Source of the DNA: Thermoanaerobaculia bacterium | GTDB taxonomy: Bacteria; Acidobacteriota; Thermoanaerobaculia; UBA5066 | Assembly (NCBI GenBank): GCA_038245905.1 | Contig: JBBRRY010000005.1 | Coordinates: 64,001 to 128,000 of the forward strand | Reading direction: 5' to 3' | Length of the DNA: 64,000 nt | Shown here: in pieces, positions 1-8,924 of the stretch | Layout of the letters: each line of letters begins with the position of its first letter | How positions within the stretch are numbered: the stretch's first letter is position 1 | Program-made: the position numbers and the translations under genes | Notes under the pieces: model-generated | The model's input: the letters and a program-made list of their open reading frames with translations, nothing else | Told to the model about the DNA's origin: nothing | Databases searched by the model: none

Positions 1-2
1 TC

Positions 3-401
3 AAACGCGGACTCCGGCTTCAGGTGGACGTGCCAAAGGGACTGCCCCGCGTCAGCGGGGACCGCGACAAGATCGAGCGACTCCTCACGAATCTCGTCGA
101 CCACTCCCTGAGAACGACGCCCCGTTCGGACGAACCTCTCCTGCTCGTCGCGTCGCGGGAGGGAGACCGCACCCTGATCCGAATCGTGGACAAGGGACCG
201 ACGATTTCCTCCGAACGGACAGCCCACCTCTTCGACGACGTCGGGTCGGCGCGCAGCGGGGGCGAATTCGGACTCTCCGTCGCGCGGCGCCTCGCGGACG
301 CGATGAGGGTCGAACTTACCGCGTATCCCGACCGGGACGGCTCGAACGTGAAGTGCGTCGCGTGGCCGGCCGCGTCCGAAAAGGGCCGGGCTTCCCGCTG
401 A
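3..401 (+). CDS. C-terminal HATPase_c-like domain of a histidine-kinase-like protein (5'-truncated by the window edge; degenerate motifs)
   Basis: Frame is open from base 3. LLTNLVDHS (N box), IVDKGPTI (G1), HLFD (F box) and GGEFGLSVARRLADAM (G2) are present but diverged. Confidence 0.7.
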   Translation, partial: KRGLRLQVDVPKGLPRVSGDRDKIERLLTNLVDHSLRTTPRSDEPLLLVASREGDRTLIRIVDKGPTISSERTAHLFDDVGSARSGGEFGLSVARRLADAMRVELTAYPDRDGSNVKCVAWPAASEKGRASR

Positions 402-439
402 ATACGGAGACCGGCACCCGGCGCGCTTTCGGCATCCTG

Positions 440-1645
440 ATGCGTCGTCCCGATGCGCGTGCGGCCGCTTCCGTCGTGCAGCCCGCCGATCAGGCTCGAA
501 TCGTGGGAGGCGCGGTCCGCGACGCATTTCTCGGCGGGAAGGGCGGCGACCTCGACCTCGTGGCGCCACCCGGCCGGGCCGAACCGCTCGCATGGGCGCT
601 CGCGAGGCATGCCGGCACTCGCGTCATCGCAGTCGGCGCGGCGCCGAGGCGCGTCCTCAAGGTGCCTTTTCACTCACATGAAATCGACGTCTGGGAGGAG
701 ACGGGGGATCCTCTCCAGGACCTCCTTCGGCGCGACTTCACCGTGAATGCGCTCTCTTTCTCTCTTCCGGACGGGTTGTTCGCGAGCGCGCCGGGCGCGC
801 TCGCGGATCTGAGAGCAAAGCGGCTCGCTCCACCTCGCCCGGGCGTCTTCCTCGAGGATCCGCTCCGGGTCCTCCGGGCGGCGCGGTTTCTCGCGGAGTG
901 GCCGGGATTTCACGTCGCGAGACGAGCAGCGCCGGAACTGAAGAAGGCGGCAAGCCTTCTTCGAATGGTTGCTGCGGAGAGGCGTCTCGTCGAGCTGGAC
1001 AAGCTGCTCGGCGCGCCCCCGGCCGCCAGGATGCGCGGATTGCGATTTCTCGCGCGAATCGGCGCCCTGAATTCCCTTCTAAGCGCGGCGCCGCGCCAGC
1101 GGCGCCGCGGTCTCTCTCTCGTCTCCCGTCTCTCCTCGCCCGACTCGAGGGTCGCCCGTGCCCTTCTCCTGCTGCCTCTCGGCAAGGCCAGAGCCGAAGA
1201 GGTTCTTAGAAGGTGGAAGACCAGCCGGGAGGAGCAGCGGTTGGCGAGCCGGCTCTTCTCGCTTCCTCTTCGCCTCACGGGCCGCCGAAACGGCCCGCCC
1301 ACTCGCCGTGACGTCGCGGAATTTCTCCGCGTCTCTTACCCATTCGAAGAAGAATCCGTCACGTTCCTGCGCGCCGCCGGCGACTCGCGTGCCCGGGCGC
1401 TCGCGGAAGCCGCAGAAAGGACGCGGAGCCGTCCGGCCGCGCTCCGCGGGATCCTCAAGCCGACCCGCCCTCTTCCATTCGCAGAAGTCTCATCACGTCT
1501 CCGCCTCCCGGAGGGGCCGGCCCTCGGAGCCGCTCTCGAGGCCTTCGATCTCGCTCTCGCCTCGGGCGATATTCGCGGCCCCCGCGCAGCGCGCGCCTGG
1601 CTCGACGCGCGGCAGGCGCTTGGAAACCCGCCTTCCGGCTGCTAA
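440..1645 (+). CDS. tRNA nucleotidyltransferase / poly(A) polymerase family (class II), probably CC-adding type
   Basis: Motifs VGGAVRD, DLDL, DLLRRDFTVNA and FLEDPLRVLRAARF. Start uncertain; ATG 440 chosen. Confidence 0.85.
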   Translation: MRRPDARAAASVVQPADQARIVGGAVRDAFLGGKGGDLDLVAPPGRAEPLAWALARHAGTRVIAVGAAPRRVLKVPFHSHEIDVWEETGDPLQDLLRRDFTVNALSFSLPDGLFASAPGALADLRAKRLAPPRPGVFLEDPLRVLRAARFLAEWPGFHVARRAAPELKKAASLLRMVAAERRLVELDKLLGAPPAARMRGLRFLARIGALNSLLSAAPRQRRRGLSLVSRLSSPDSRVARALLLLPLGKARAEEVLRRWKTSREEQRLASRLFSLPLRLTGRRNGPPTRRDVAEFLRVSYPFEEESVTFLRAAGDSRARALAEAAERTRSRPAALRGILKPTRPLPFAEVSSRLRLPEGPALGAALEAFDLALASGDIRGPRAARAWLDARQALGNPPSGC

Positions 1646-1678
1646 CCTAAAGCGTCCTTTCAGCGGACACCAAACACC

Positions 1679-3133
1679 ATGGATCTGACCGAGCTTCTGA
1701 AATTCGTCACGAAGAAGGAGGCGTCGGACCTCCATCTGAAGCCCGGCCGCCCGCCCCTTCTCCGCGTGAACGGCCGCCTCGTCCCCCTGAAGACCGATCC
1801 GCTCTCGCCGAAGGAAATCGAGGACATGGTCCTCCCGATCCTGACGCCGTACCAGCGGGACAAGCTCCAGCAGAACTACGCCGTCGACATCGGATACGGC
1901 ATCACCGGCGTCGCACGCTTCCGCGGCAACATCTACCTGCAGCGCGGCACGTGGACCGCGGTCTTCCGCCGCATTCCCTATCAGATTCCGCAGGTCTCTG
2001 CCTTGAACCTGCCCGAAGTTATCGAGACGTTCGCCGACCTGCCTGCGGGCCTCGTCCTCGTGACGGGCCCGACCGGATCCGGCAAGTCGACGACGCTCGC
2101 GGCGATGGTCAAACTCATCACCGAGCGCCATCCCGTCCACATCGTCACGATCGAGGACCCGATCGAATATCTGTTCCAGGACAACATGGCTTCCGTCTCG
2201 CAGCGCGAGATGGGGACCGACACGGTCTCCTTTCCCGAGGCGCTGCGCAACGTCATGCGTCAGGATCCGGACGTCATCATGGTCGGCGAGATGCGCGACT
2301 GGGAGACGATGTCGACCGCCATCACGGCCGCCGAGACTGGCCACCTCGTGTTTTCGACGCTGCACACGAACAGCGCGGCGCAGACGATCGACCGCATCAT
2401 GGACTCCTGTCCTCCGGCGCAGCAGAACCAGGTGCGCCGCCAGCTCGCGCTCGTCCTCAAGGCGATCATCTCCATGCAGCTCATCGACCGCGTGGACGGC
2501 AAGGGCCTCGTGCCCGTGGTCGAGATCCTGATCAATTCGCCGAAGATCGCGAAGCAGATCGAGACTGGCGAAACGAAGGAGATCAACGAAGAGATCGAGA
2601 GTTCGGTCGCCTATTTCAGGATGCAGTCGATGAACCAGTCGCTGATCGCGCTTCTCGTGAACGGCGCCATCGACGTGAACGCCGCGATGAAGCTCTCGGC
2701 GGACCCCGAAGACCTCTCCCTCAAGCTCCGGAAGCTCTTCCCGAAGATCGAAGAGCGTGGCCGAGGAGGAATCATGTCCCCATCCGCGAACGACTTCTCC
2801 GCGATCACCGAGCTCATGGACGTGAAGCGCCTCTACGAGGAGCAAGAAGACAAGTGGCGGCAACGCCTCGTCGAGAAGGACGAGCTCATCTCGTCGTTGG
2901 AGGCCGATCTCTCGGAGAGGGACCGGATGATCCAGGCCAAGGCCCAGCAGGGAGCCGAGTCCGAGAGCGAGATCCAGAAGGTTCGCACGGACGCCGAGCG
3001 GCAGCGCCAGGAGATGGCCACGAAGGTCGCGCAGCTCAACGACCGCATCCGCGACCTGAACCAGAAGCTCCTCGGCACCGGCGGCTCCCAGGCCACGCCC
3101 GCCTCGACGCCTCAGGGTTTCTTCAAGCGCTGA
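1679..3133 (+). CDS. pilT: PilT/PilU-family type IV pilus retraction ATPase with C-terminal coiled-coil extension
   Basis: ASDLHL, Walker A GPTGSGKST, TIEDPIE, RQDPDVIMVGEMRD, AETGHLVFSTLHT. Confidence 0.9.
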   Translation: MDLTELLKFVTKKEASDLHLKPGRPPLLRVNGRLVPLKTDPLSPKEIEDMVLPILTPYQRDKLQQNYAVDIGYGITGVARFRGNIYLQRGTWTAVFRRIPYQIPQVSALNLPEVIETFADLPAGLVLVTGPTGSGKSTTLAAMVKLITERHPVHIVTIEDPIEYLFQDNMASVSQREMGTDTVSFPEALRNVMRQDPDVIMVGEMRDWETMSTAITAAETGHLVFSTLHTNSAAQTIDRIMDSCPPAQQNQVRRQLALVLKAIISMQLIDRVDGKGLVPVVEILINSPKIAKQIETGETKEINEEIESSVAYFRMQSMNQSLIALLVNGAIDVNAAMKLSADPEDLSLKLRKLFPKIEERGRGGIMSPSANDFSAITELMDVKRLYEEQEDKWRQRLVEKDELISSLEADLSERDRMIQAKAQQGAESESEIQKVRTDAERQRQEMATKVAQLNDRIRDLNQKLLGTGGSQATPASTPQGFFKR

Positions 3134-4913
3134 GCCGCGCGAGCCAGCGCTTCTTCAGGCGCCGGGCGTCCGCGGACGCACCTGCGAGGTCGTCGATCTT
3201 CCAGACGGAGGCGCGCCGCTTGCCGAGTCGGACGCGGTGCATCCCGAGGACGTCTCGCCGAAAAACCGCCACGTCGACGTGGCTTTCCGGTTTGCGCTCC
3301 GTCTCGAGCCGGGCGACCAGATCTTCTGTCGCGCGGAGCCCGTCGACGGCCACCAGGAGGTCCCCCGCGTTCACTCCGGCACGTTCAGCCGGGCCGTCCG
3401 CGAAGACCTCCGCCACGACGATCCGCCCGCTCTCGGCTTTCGTCCTCCAGCCGAAGGTCGCGCGGACGCGTGGAGCCCGGACGTCCGTCACACCCTCCTC
3501 GGCCTCGGGTGCCTCGCGAAGCCGAAGGCCCGCCGCTCGGAGGAGCCGCGCGAGATCCGGCGTTTCGGTGCCGCGAACGTAGCGATCGAAGAAACCGCGA
3601 ATGAGGGGCCGCGAACCCGCGACGCGCGCGGACGCTTCCTCGACGGCCCCGGCCGGATAGCCCTTTCCCTTAGCGGCGTAAGCCCGGAACAGCCGGCCGA
3701 GGACGTCGTCCAGTCCGCGCCTTCCCTTTGTCGCCCTCCGGAGCGTCAGGTCGAGCGCGAGCCCGAGCAGGGCCCCGCGCCGGTAGTAGCTCTCCGAAAC
3801 GTTCGGCGAGTTCTCGTCCGGACGATAGAAACGGATCCAGGTGTCGAACGAAGCCATCTCGGCGCTCTGGACCTTCCGGCCCGGCGTCTCGAGGTGGCCC
3901 TTCCAGTGGGTCGTCCACTGCTCGAAGGCCTGCGCCTCCGTGAGAAGGCTCGCTCGGACGAGCAGGAGCGTCTCGTAGTAAGAGGTGATGCCTTCGAGCG
4001 CCCAGAGGTCCTTCGTGTGTACTTCGCGCCCGTAGTCGAAGGGACCGAAAACCTCGGGCCTGATCCGCTTCACGTTCCAGGCGTGGAAAAGCTCGTGCGC
4101 GAACAGGAGCAGGGCGTCGCGATACGACTTCTCGGGCCGGAACGCGTGCGGGTCGAGCGCCACCGATTGCGAAGCTCGGTGTTCGAGGCCGCCTCGGGCG
4201 CCAGGCGCGAGGTGAACGAGGAAGAGGTACCGTTCGTACGGGAGGCCGCCGAAGAGCGACGAGGCCTCGCGGACGATCTTCTTCAGGTCTCCGACGATTC
4301 GAGATGGCTCCTCGTTGCCGCTGCCCCAGATGGCGAGCGTGTGCGGGAGGCCCTGGACCGAAAACCCGAACGTGCGGTGCGTTCCGCACTCGAAGGGCGA
4401 GTCCACGAGCTCGTCGTAGTCGGCGGCACGAAAAACGTCGCCGCGGGACGGGAGGGACATCGAGGTCTTCCAGCCCTTCGGGACCCGGAACGCCACCTCC
4501 ACGGGCTCGTCCTTCCTGCCTTCCACGTAGAAGAACAGGTTCGCACCGTTCCCGTATCCGTGCGACGCGTCGAGATGCGACGTCCTCACGCTCAGCTCGT
4601 GGGCATAGACGCGGTAGGAAACGAACATCGGAGAGGAAGAGGGAGATTTCTTTGAAGGTAAAGAGAGGCGCCAGCGGTTCTTCTCCACCTTCACCGCTTC
4701 GATGGGCCGGCCGCCTTGGCTCCCTTCTCTCTTTTCCTTCGCAGAAAAATCTCTTATGTGCCTGGAAAACTCCCTCACGAGATAGGAGCCCGGCGTCCAG
4801 ACCGGAAGGACGAGGTCGAGAGCTCCTGCGCCCCTCGGGTCGATCTCCATCGTGATCTCGTACAGGTGCGTCTCGGGCCGCGGCATCGCGACCGTGAAGC
4901 GTGTCGTGCGCAT
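3123..4913 (-). CDS. M61 family (glycyl aminopeptidase-like) zinc metallopeptidase with PDZ domain
   Basis: LPVWTPGSY, GGLEH, HELFHAWN, EGITSYY and a C-terminal PDZ (GPAERAGVNAGD). Start is ATG 4913. Confidence 0.9.
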   Translation of the reverse strand: MRTTRFTVAMPRPETHLYEITMEIDPRGAGALDLVLPVWTPGSYLVREFSRHIRDFSAKEKREGSQGGRPIEAVKVEKNRWRLSLPSKKSPSSSPMFVSYRVYAHELSVRTSHLDASHGYGNGANLFFYVEGRKDEPVEVAFRVPKGWKTSMSLPSRGDVFRAADYDELVDSPFECGTHRTFGFSVQGLPHTLAIWGSGNEEPSRIVGDLKKIVREASSLFGGLPYERYLFLVHLAPGARGGLEHRASQSVALDPHAFRPEKSYRDALLLFAHELFHAWNVKRIRPEVFGPFDYGREVHTKDLWALEGITSYYETLLLVRASLLTEAQAFEQWTTHWKGHLETPGRKVQSAEMASFDTWIRFYRPDENSPNVSESYYRRGALLGLALDLTLRRATKGRRGLDDVLGRLFRAYAAKGKGYPAGAVEEASARVAGSRPLIRGFFDRYVRGTETPDLARLLRAAGLRLREAPEAEEGVTDVRAPRVRATFGWRTKAESGRIVVAEVFADGPAERAGVNAGDLLVAVDGLRATEDLVARLETERKPESHVDVAVFRRDVLGMHRVRLGKRRASVWKIDDLAGASADARRLKKRWLARLSA

Positions 4914-4935
4914 GGAGTCAGCATAGCTCCTCGCG

Positions 4936-5760
4936 TCAGGCATCGAGGAACGCGAGGACACGCCGCGCGAACGCGACCGGGCGCTCCGTGGGCGGCACGT
5001 GCCCGCAACGCGTAAGAACCTCGAGGCGCGCGTTCGGCAGGCCCCGCGCGAGGCGCTGGCCGGCGGCCACCGGGAAGATGCGGTCACGATCCCCCCAGAG
5101 GACGAGCGTCTCGTTCGTGATTCGCGCGAGATCGCGGGACTTCACCACGTCCTCCCCCGCCGCCATCGACGCGACGAGTTTCATGAGCTGAGGCCGGTTC
5201 CTCCGGCGCCCCTTGTAGAGCGCGGCGGCGAACGCGACGAAGGGATGCCCAAGAAGACGCGAGTTCACGCTCGTCGAAAGGAGGCGCCGCGCGTCTTCGA
5301 AGCTGCCCGGCACGAACGGCAGCGAGGTCGCGAGAAAATCGATGGTCTCGGCTAACGGCTGGCCCGCCGCGTCGACGAGAACGAGCCGCCTCACGAGGCG
5401 CGGGTGGCGACGCACGAGGTCGAGCGCGACCGCCCCGCCGAGCGAGTGTCCGAGGAGGTCCACGCGCCCGGGCCGGTCCGGCAGCGCCTCGATGGCGCCC
5501 ACGACGGCATCGGCGAGCATCCGGACGCGGTATGCGACGCCGGGACCCGCGGGCTTGTCACTGCGGCCGTGCCCGAGCAGGTCCATCGCGAGGACACGCC
5601 GCCCGCGCGCGAAGAGAGGCAGCGTGAGCGCCCACTCCCCGCGGTCCGCCCCGATCCCATGCAGGAGGACGAGCGGCGGCGCACCCTCGGGGCGCGAGGC
5701 GCCCGCGTCGAGGCAGGTCACGTGGAGGCCCGAAGGAATCGCGAGCCGAAGAAACTTCAA
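4936..5760 (-). CDS. Alpha/beta-fold hydrolase
   Basis: LLHG, DLLGHGRS, GHSLGG nucleophile elbow, WGDRD, CGH. Confidence 0.9.
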   Translation of the reverse strand: MKFLRLAIPSGLHVTCLDAGASRPEGAPPLVLLHGIGADRGEWALTLPLFARGRRVLAMDLLGHGRSDKPAGPGVAYRVRMLADAVVGAIEALPDRPGRVDLLGHSLGGAVALDLVRRHPRLVRRLVLVDAAGQPLAETIDFLATSLPFVPGSFEDARRLLSTSVNSRLLGHPFVAFAAALYKGRRRNRPQLMKLVASMAAGEDVVKSRDLARITNETLVLWGDRDRIFPVAAGQRLARGLPNARLEVLTRCGHVPPTERPVAFARRVLAFLDA

Positions 5761-6371
5761 TACTTCCGCATCAACCCGACGACCACGCCCTGCACCTTGA
5801 GATCGCCGTCGGCGACCCAGATCGGCTTCATGCGCTCGTTCGCGGGCTGAAGCCTGATGCGGCCGTCGGCTTCCCGGTAGAAACGCTTGAGCGTCGCCTC
5901 GCCGTTCAGGAGCGCCGCCACCATCTCACCGTTCGCGGCCTTCTCGCGGCGATTCACGACGACGTAGTCGCCGTCGTGGATTCCGTCGTCGATCATCGAG
6001 CTCCCGTTCACGCGCAGCACGTAGTTCTGCCCCTTGCGCGTGAGCGCCTCGGGAACCGCGACCATCTCGCCATCGGACTCGGGGTCGACCTCTATCGGTT
6101 GCCCGGCGGCGATCCGCCCGGCGAGCGGGATCTCGACGGATCCCGCCGGCCGGTTCTCCTCGGCGAGGACGAGTGACCTCCGCTTGTTCCAGTCGCGCAC
6201 GAGCACGCCCTTCTCGAGCAGCAGCTTGATGTGCTTCTGGAGCGTCCCGAACGAGGAGTAACCGAACTCCTCGCAGATTTCTCGCTGGGTGGGCGAGAGG
6301 CCCTTCTTCAGGCGGTAGGCACGGATGAAATCCAGGATTTCCTTTTGCTTGGGGGTGAGCGTGAGTGCCAT
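5757..6371 (-). CDS. lexA: SOS repressor LexA
   Basis: N-terminal wHTH (LTPKQKEILDFI..PTQREI), IAAG cleavage site, GSSM catalytic Ser, ATLKRF catalytic Lys. Confidence 0.95.
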   Translation of the reverse strand: MALTLTPKQKEILDFIRAYRLKKGLSPTQREICEEFGYSSFGTLQKHIKLLLEKGVLVRDWNKRRSLVLAEENRPAGSVEIPLAGRIAAGQPIEVDPESDGEMVAVPEALTRKGQNYVLRVNGSSMIDDGIHDGDYVVVNRREKAANGEMVAALLNGEATLKRFYREADGRIRLQPANERMKPIWVADGDLKVQGVVVGLMRKY

Positions 6372-6379
6372 ATTAATTA

Positions 6380-6435
6380 AGGCAATGTTGCCTAATTTCC
6401 TTATTTAATTCTAAGAAAGTCAATATTCTTAGAAT
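6380..6435 (-). promoter_or_regulatory. AT-rich lexA promoter with two inverted repeats (candidate operators)
   Basis: AGGCAA-TG-TTGCCT at 6380-6393. ATTCTAAGAA-N8-TTCTTAGAAT at 6408-6435, whose spacer reads TTGACT (-35-like) on the minus strand. Confidence 0.6.
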
Positions 6436-6539
6436 GAATAGCGGCTTTGGACGCTTTGGCAAGCCATCACGCGCAAGATAGGCGTAAATCCGGGACGCGT
6501 CAAGGAAAAAAGTTCCTCATGAACTAGACTCGCGAGGCC

Positions 6540-6983
6540 GTGCCCGAAGTGAATGCGCCGAAATCCGGAGGGTCCGCGGGTCGTCGCGTCCTGCGGGGAG
6601 CGTTTCTCGCCTTCATCGCCGCGCTCCTCGCGTTTGGCGGGATTCTTTTTCTCCTGAACCGGCCCTTCAGCGCCAATCCGGAGACCTTCACGGCCTCGCG
6701 CCTGACCTCGGGGAACCTGCTCTTTCCCGTGCAGGTGGCGGTCTTCCCCGAGCGCGTCGCACGCCACAAGCCGCGGTTCTTCGGGCATACGGAGGATTCG
6801 ATCTCGACCGAGCTCATCGCGTCCGTGAAGGTGCAAGCCGGCGTCGTGTTCGCGGACGTCGTCCTCGACACCGCTGGCGGTTCGCCCCCGGTCGTGATTC
6901 ACGGGCTTTACAAGAAAGACGCCGAGCGGCTGCGCGAACGCATCGGCACCGTGCGGGAAAGCCGACGGAAGCCCCCCGCCTGA
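6540..6983 (+). CDS. Hypothetical membrane-anchored protein, possibly bacterial PH-like domain
   Basis: One N-terminal hydrophobic helix. IASVKVQAGVVFADVVLDTAGG resembles bPH-type domains. Confidence 0.6.
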   Translation: MPEVNAPKSGGSAGRRVLRGAFLAFIAALLAFGGILFLLNRPFSANPETFTASRLTSGNLLFPVQVAVFPERVARHKPRFFGHTEDSISTELIASVKVQAGVVFADVVLDTAGGSPPVVIHGLYKKDAERLRERIGTVRESRRKPPA

Positions 6984-7058
6984 TCTTTCTGACTCATTTA
7001 TCCGAGCCGCAGTTTGCGGCGAGAATCCGCGAGCCGAAAAACAGATGGAGGAAATGGA

Positions 7059-7682
7059 ATGAAGAACGCTCTCAAGATCACCGCCGCCGCTCTGTGTTGC
7101 GTGGCCCTCATCGCCTGCAGCCAGAAGGGCCCCGCCGAAGCCGCTCTCAAGGCGGGCGAGACCTCGATGAACGAGGTCAAGGCCGACGGCGCCAAGTACG
7201 CCGCTGAGCAGACGAAGGCCCTCACGGCCTCCTACACCACCGCACAGGAATTGTTCAACAAGGGCGACTACAAGGCTGCGATGGAAATCGCACAGGGCAT
7301 CCCCGCCAAGGCAAAGGACGTCGCCGCCGCAGTCGCCGCCAAGAAGGACGAGCTCACGAAGACGTGGGCCAGCCTCGCAACCACACTTCTGCCCCAGATC
7401 GAGCAGATCAAGACGAAGGTGGGCGAGCTGGCCGCCATGAAGAAGCTGCCCAAGGGCATGGACGCCGCGAAGCTGGACGCCGCGAAGGCCGCGCTCGCCG
7501 ACCTCAACAAGAGCGCGGGTGATGCCGCCGAAACCTTCAAGTCCGGCAACCTGATCGACGCCGTCGCGAAGGGCAACGCCATCAAGGCGAAGGTCGCCGA
7601 GACGATGGGCTCCCTCGGCCTCACGGCCGCAGCTCCCGCAGCCGCTCCAGCCCCCGCCGCCCCGCCCGCGAAGATGAACTAG
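7059..7682 (+). CDS. Ala/Lys-rich helical lipoprotein
   Basis: GGAGG upstream of ATG 7059, lipobox LIAC, strong codon bias. Confidence 0.8.
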   Translation: MKNALKITAAALCCVALIACSQKGPAEAALKAGETSMNEVKADGAKYAAEQTKALTASYTTAQELFNKGDYKAAMEIAQGIPAKAKDVAAAVAAKKDELTKTWASLATTLLPQIEQIKTKVGELAAMKKLPKGMDAAKLDAAKAALADLNKSAGDAAETFKSGNLIDAVAKGNAIKAKVAETMGSLGLTAAAPAAAPAPAAPPAKMN

Positions 7683-7704
7683 CTCTCCGAATCCCGGAAT
7701 ATCG

Positions 7705-7737
7705 GGGCCCGCGGGAAACCGCGGGCCCTATTTCTTT
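7705..7737 (+). terminator. Intrinsic terminator between the convergent lipoprotein gene and argJ
   Basis: GGGCCCGCGG-GAAA-CCGCGGGCCC followed by TATTTCTTT. Confidence 0.85.
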
Positions 7738-7742
7738 GCGGG

Positions 7743-8924
7743 TCAGCTCCGGTAGTCCGCGTTGACCGAGACATAGTCGTGCCCCATGTCGCACGAGAGC
7801 TTCCACGCCTTCGCCCGTCCGACCCCAAGGTTCACGACGATGGGAACACGCTCCTTCGAGAAGATCCGGGCGGCCTGACTTTCGCGGTAAGGAGCCGGAA
7901 GGCCGTTCTTCACGAGCGTCAGCGGACCAAGCGTCAGCGAGACGTGCTTCAGCGACAGGCGCGCGCCGCTGCGTCCGACAGCCGCGAGGATACGGCCCCA
8001 GTTCGGGTCGCCGCCGTAGAGCGCCGTCTTCACGAGCGGCGAGGTCGCGACCGCGTGGGCGGCTGCCTTCGCTTCGATTTCGGTGCGGGCGCCGACGACC
8101 GAGATTTCGAGGACGCGCGTCGCTCCCTCGCCGTCGCGCACCATCATCCAGGCGAGCGCCCGGCAGACCTTCGTGAGAGCCGCGCGAAACGCGGCGCCCT
8201 CGCCCGGTCTCCGGAGCTCGCGCCCGCCCATCTCGCCCGAGGCCATCACGAGAAGCGTGTCGTTCGTGGACGTGTCGCCGTCGACGGAGATCGCGTTGAA
8301 GCTCGTGTCGGCGGCCTCGCGGAGCGCCGCCTTGAGGTACGCCGGGCTCGCCGGCGCGTCCGTCATGATGAACGCGAGCATCGTCGCCATGTTCGGGTGA
8401 ATCATGCCCGCGCCCTTCGCGACGCCCACGACGCGGCCGCGCCGCCCGGCGAGGGTGAACGAGGCCTGCGCCACCTTCGGGCCGACGTCGGTCGTGAGGA
8501 TCGCGTGCGATGCGGCCTCGAGGCCCGAGGCCGACAGGCGGCTTTTCGCGTCGGGAAGAGCCGCGCGAATCTTCGCGTCTGGCAGAAGGACCCCGATGAC
8601 GCCCGTGGACGAGACGAGGACCTCTTCTCTCGGGAATCCGAGAAGGGCGGCTGCGGCGTCGCGCACGCGGCGCGCCGCTTCCATCCCGGGCCTGCCCGTG
8701 ATCGCGTTCGCGCAGCCCGCGTTCACGACGACGGCTCGCACCCGGCCGCCGCTGCGCTTCAGATCCGCGGCGCCCAGGACGACGGGTGCCGCCAGAAATT
8801 CGTTTTTCGTGAACAACGCCGCGGCGTTCGCGCCCTTCGCGGCGACGAGAAGCGCGAGGTCGGGGCGCTTCTTGCGAATGCCGGCGCGGACCCCAGACGC
8901 GACGAAGCCCTTCGGGAGCCTCAC
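7743..8924 (-). CDS. argJ: Ornithine acetyltransferase / N-acetylglutamate synthase
   Basis: KGAGMIHPNMATML, DGDTSTND, RDGEGAT, NADYRS terminus. Confidence 0.97.
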   Translation of the reverse strand: MRLPKGFVASGVRAGIRKKRPDLALLVAAKGANAAALFTKNEFLAAPVVLGAADLKRSGGRVRAVVVNAGCANAITGRPGMEAARRVRDAAAALLGFPREEVLVSSTGVIGVLLPDAKIRAALPDAKSRLSASGLEAASHAILTTDVGPKVAQASFTLAGRRGRVVGVAKGAGMIHPNMATMLAFIMTDAPASPAYLKAALREAADTSFNAISVDGDTSTNDTLLVMASGEMGGRELRRPGEGAAFRAALTKVCRALAWMMVRDGEGATRVLEISVVGARTEIEAKAAAHAVATSPLVKTALYGGDPNWGRILAAVGRSGARLSLKHVSLTLGPLTLVKNGLPAPYRESQAARIFSKERVPIVVNLGVGRAKAWKLSCDMGHDYVSVNADYRS

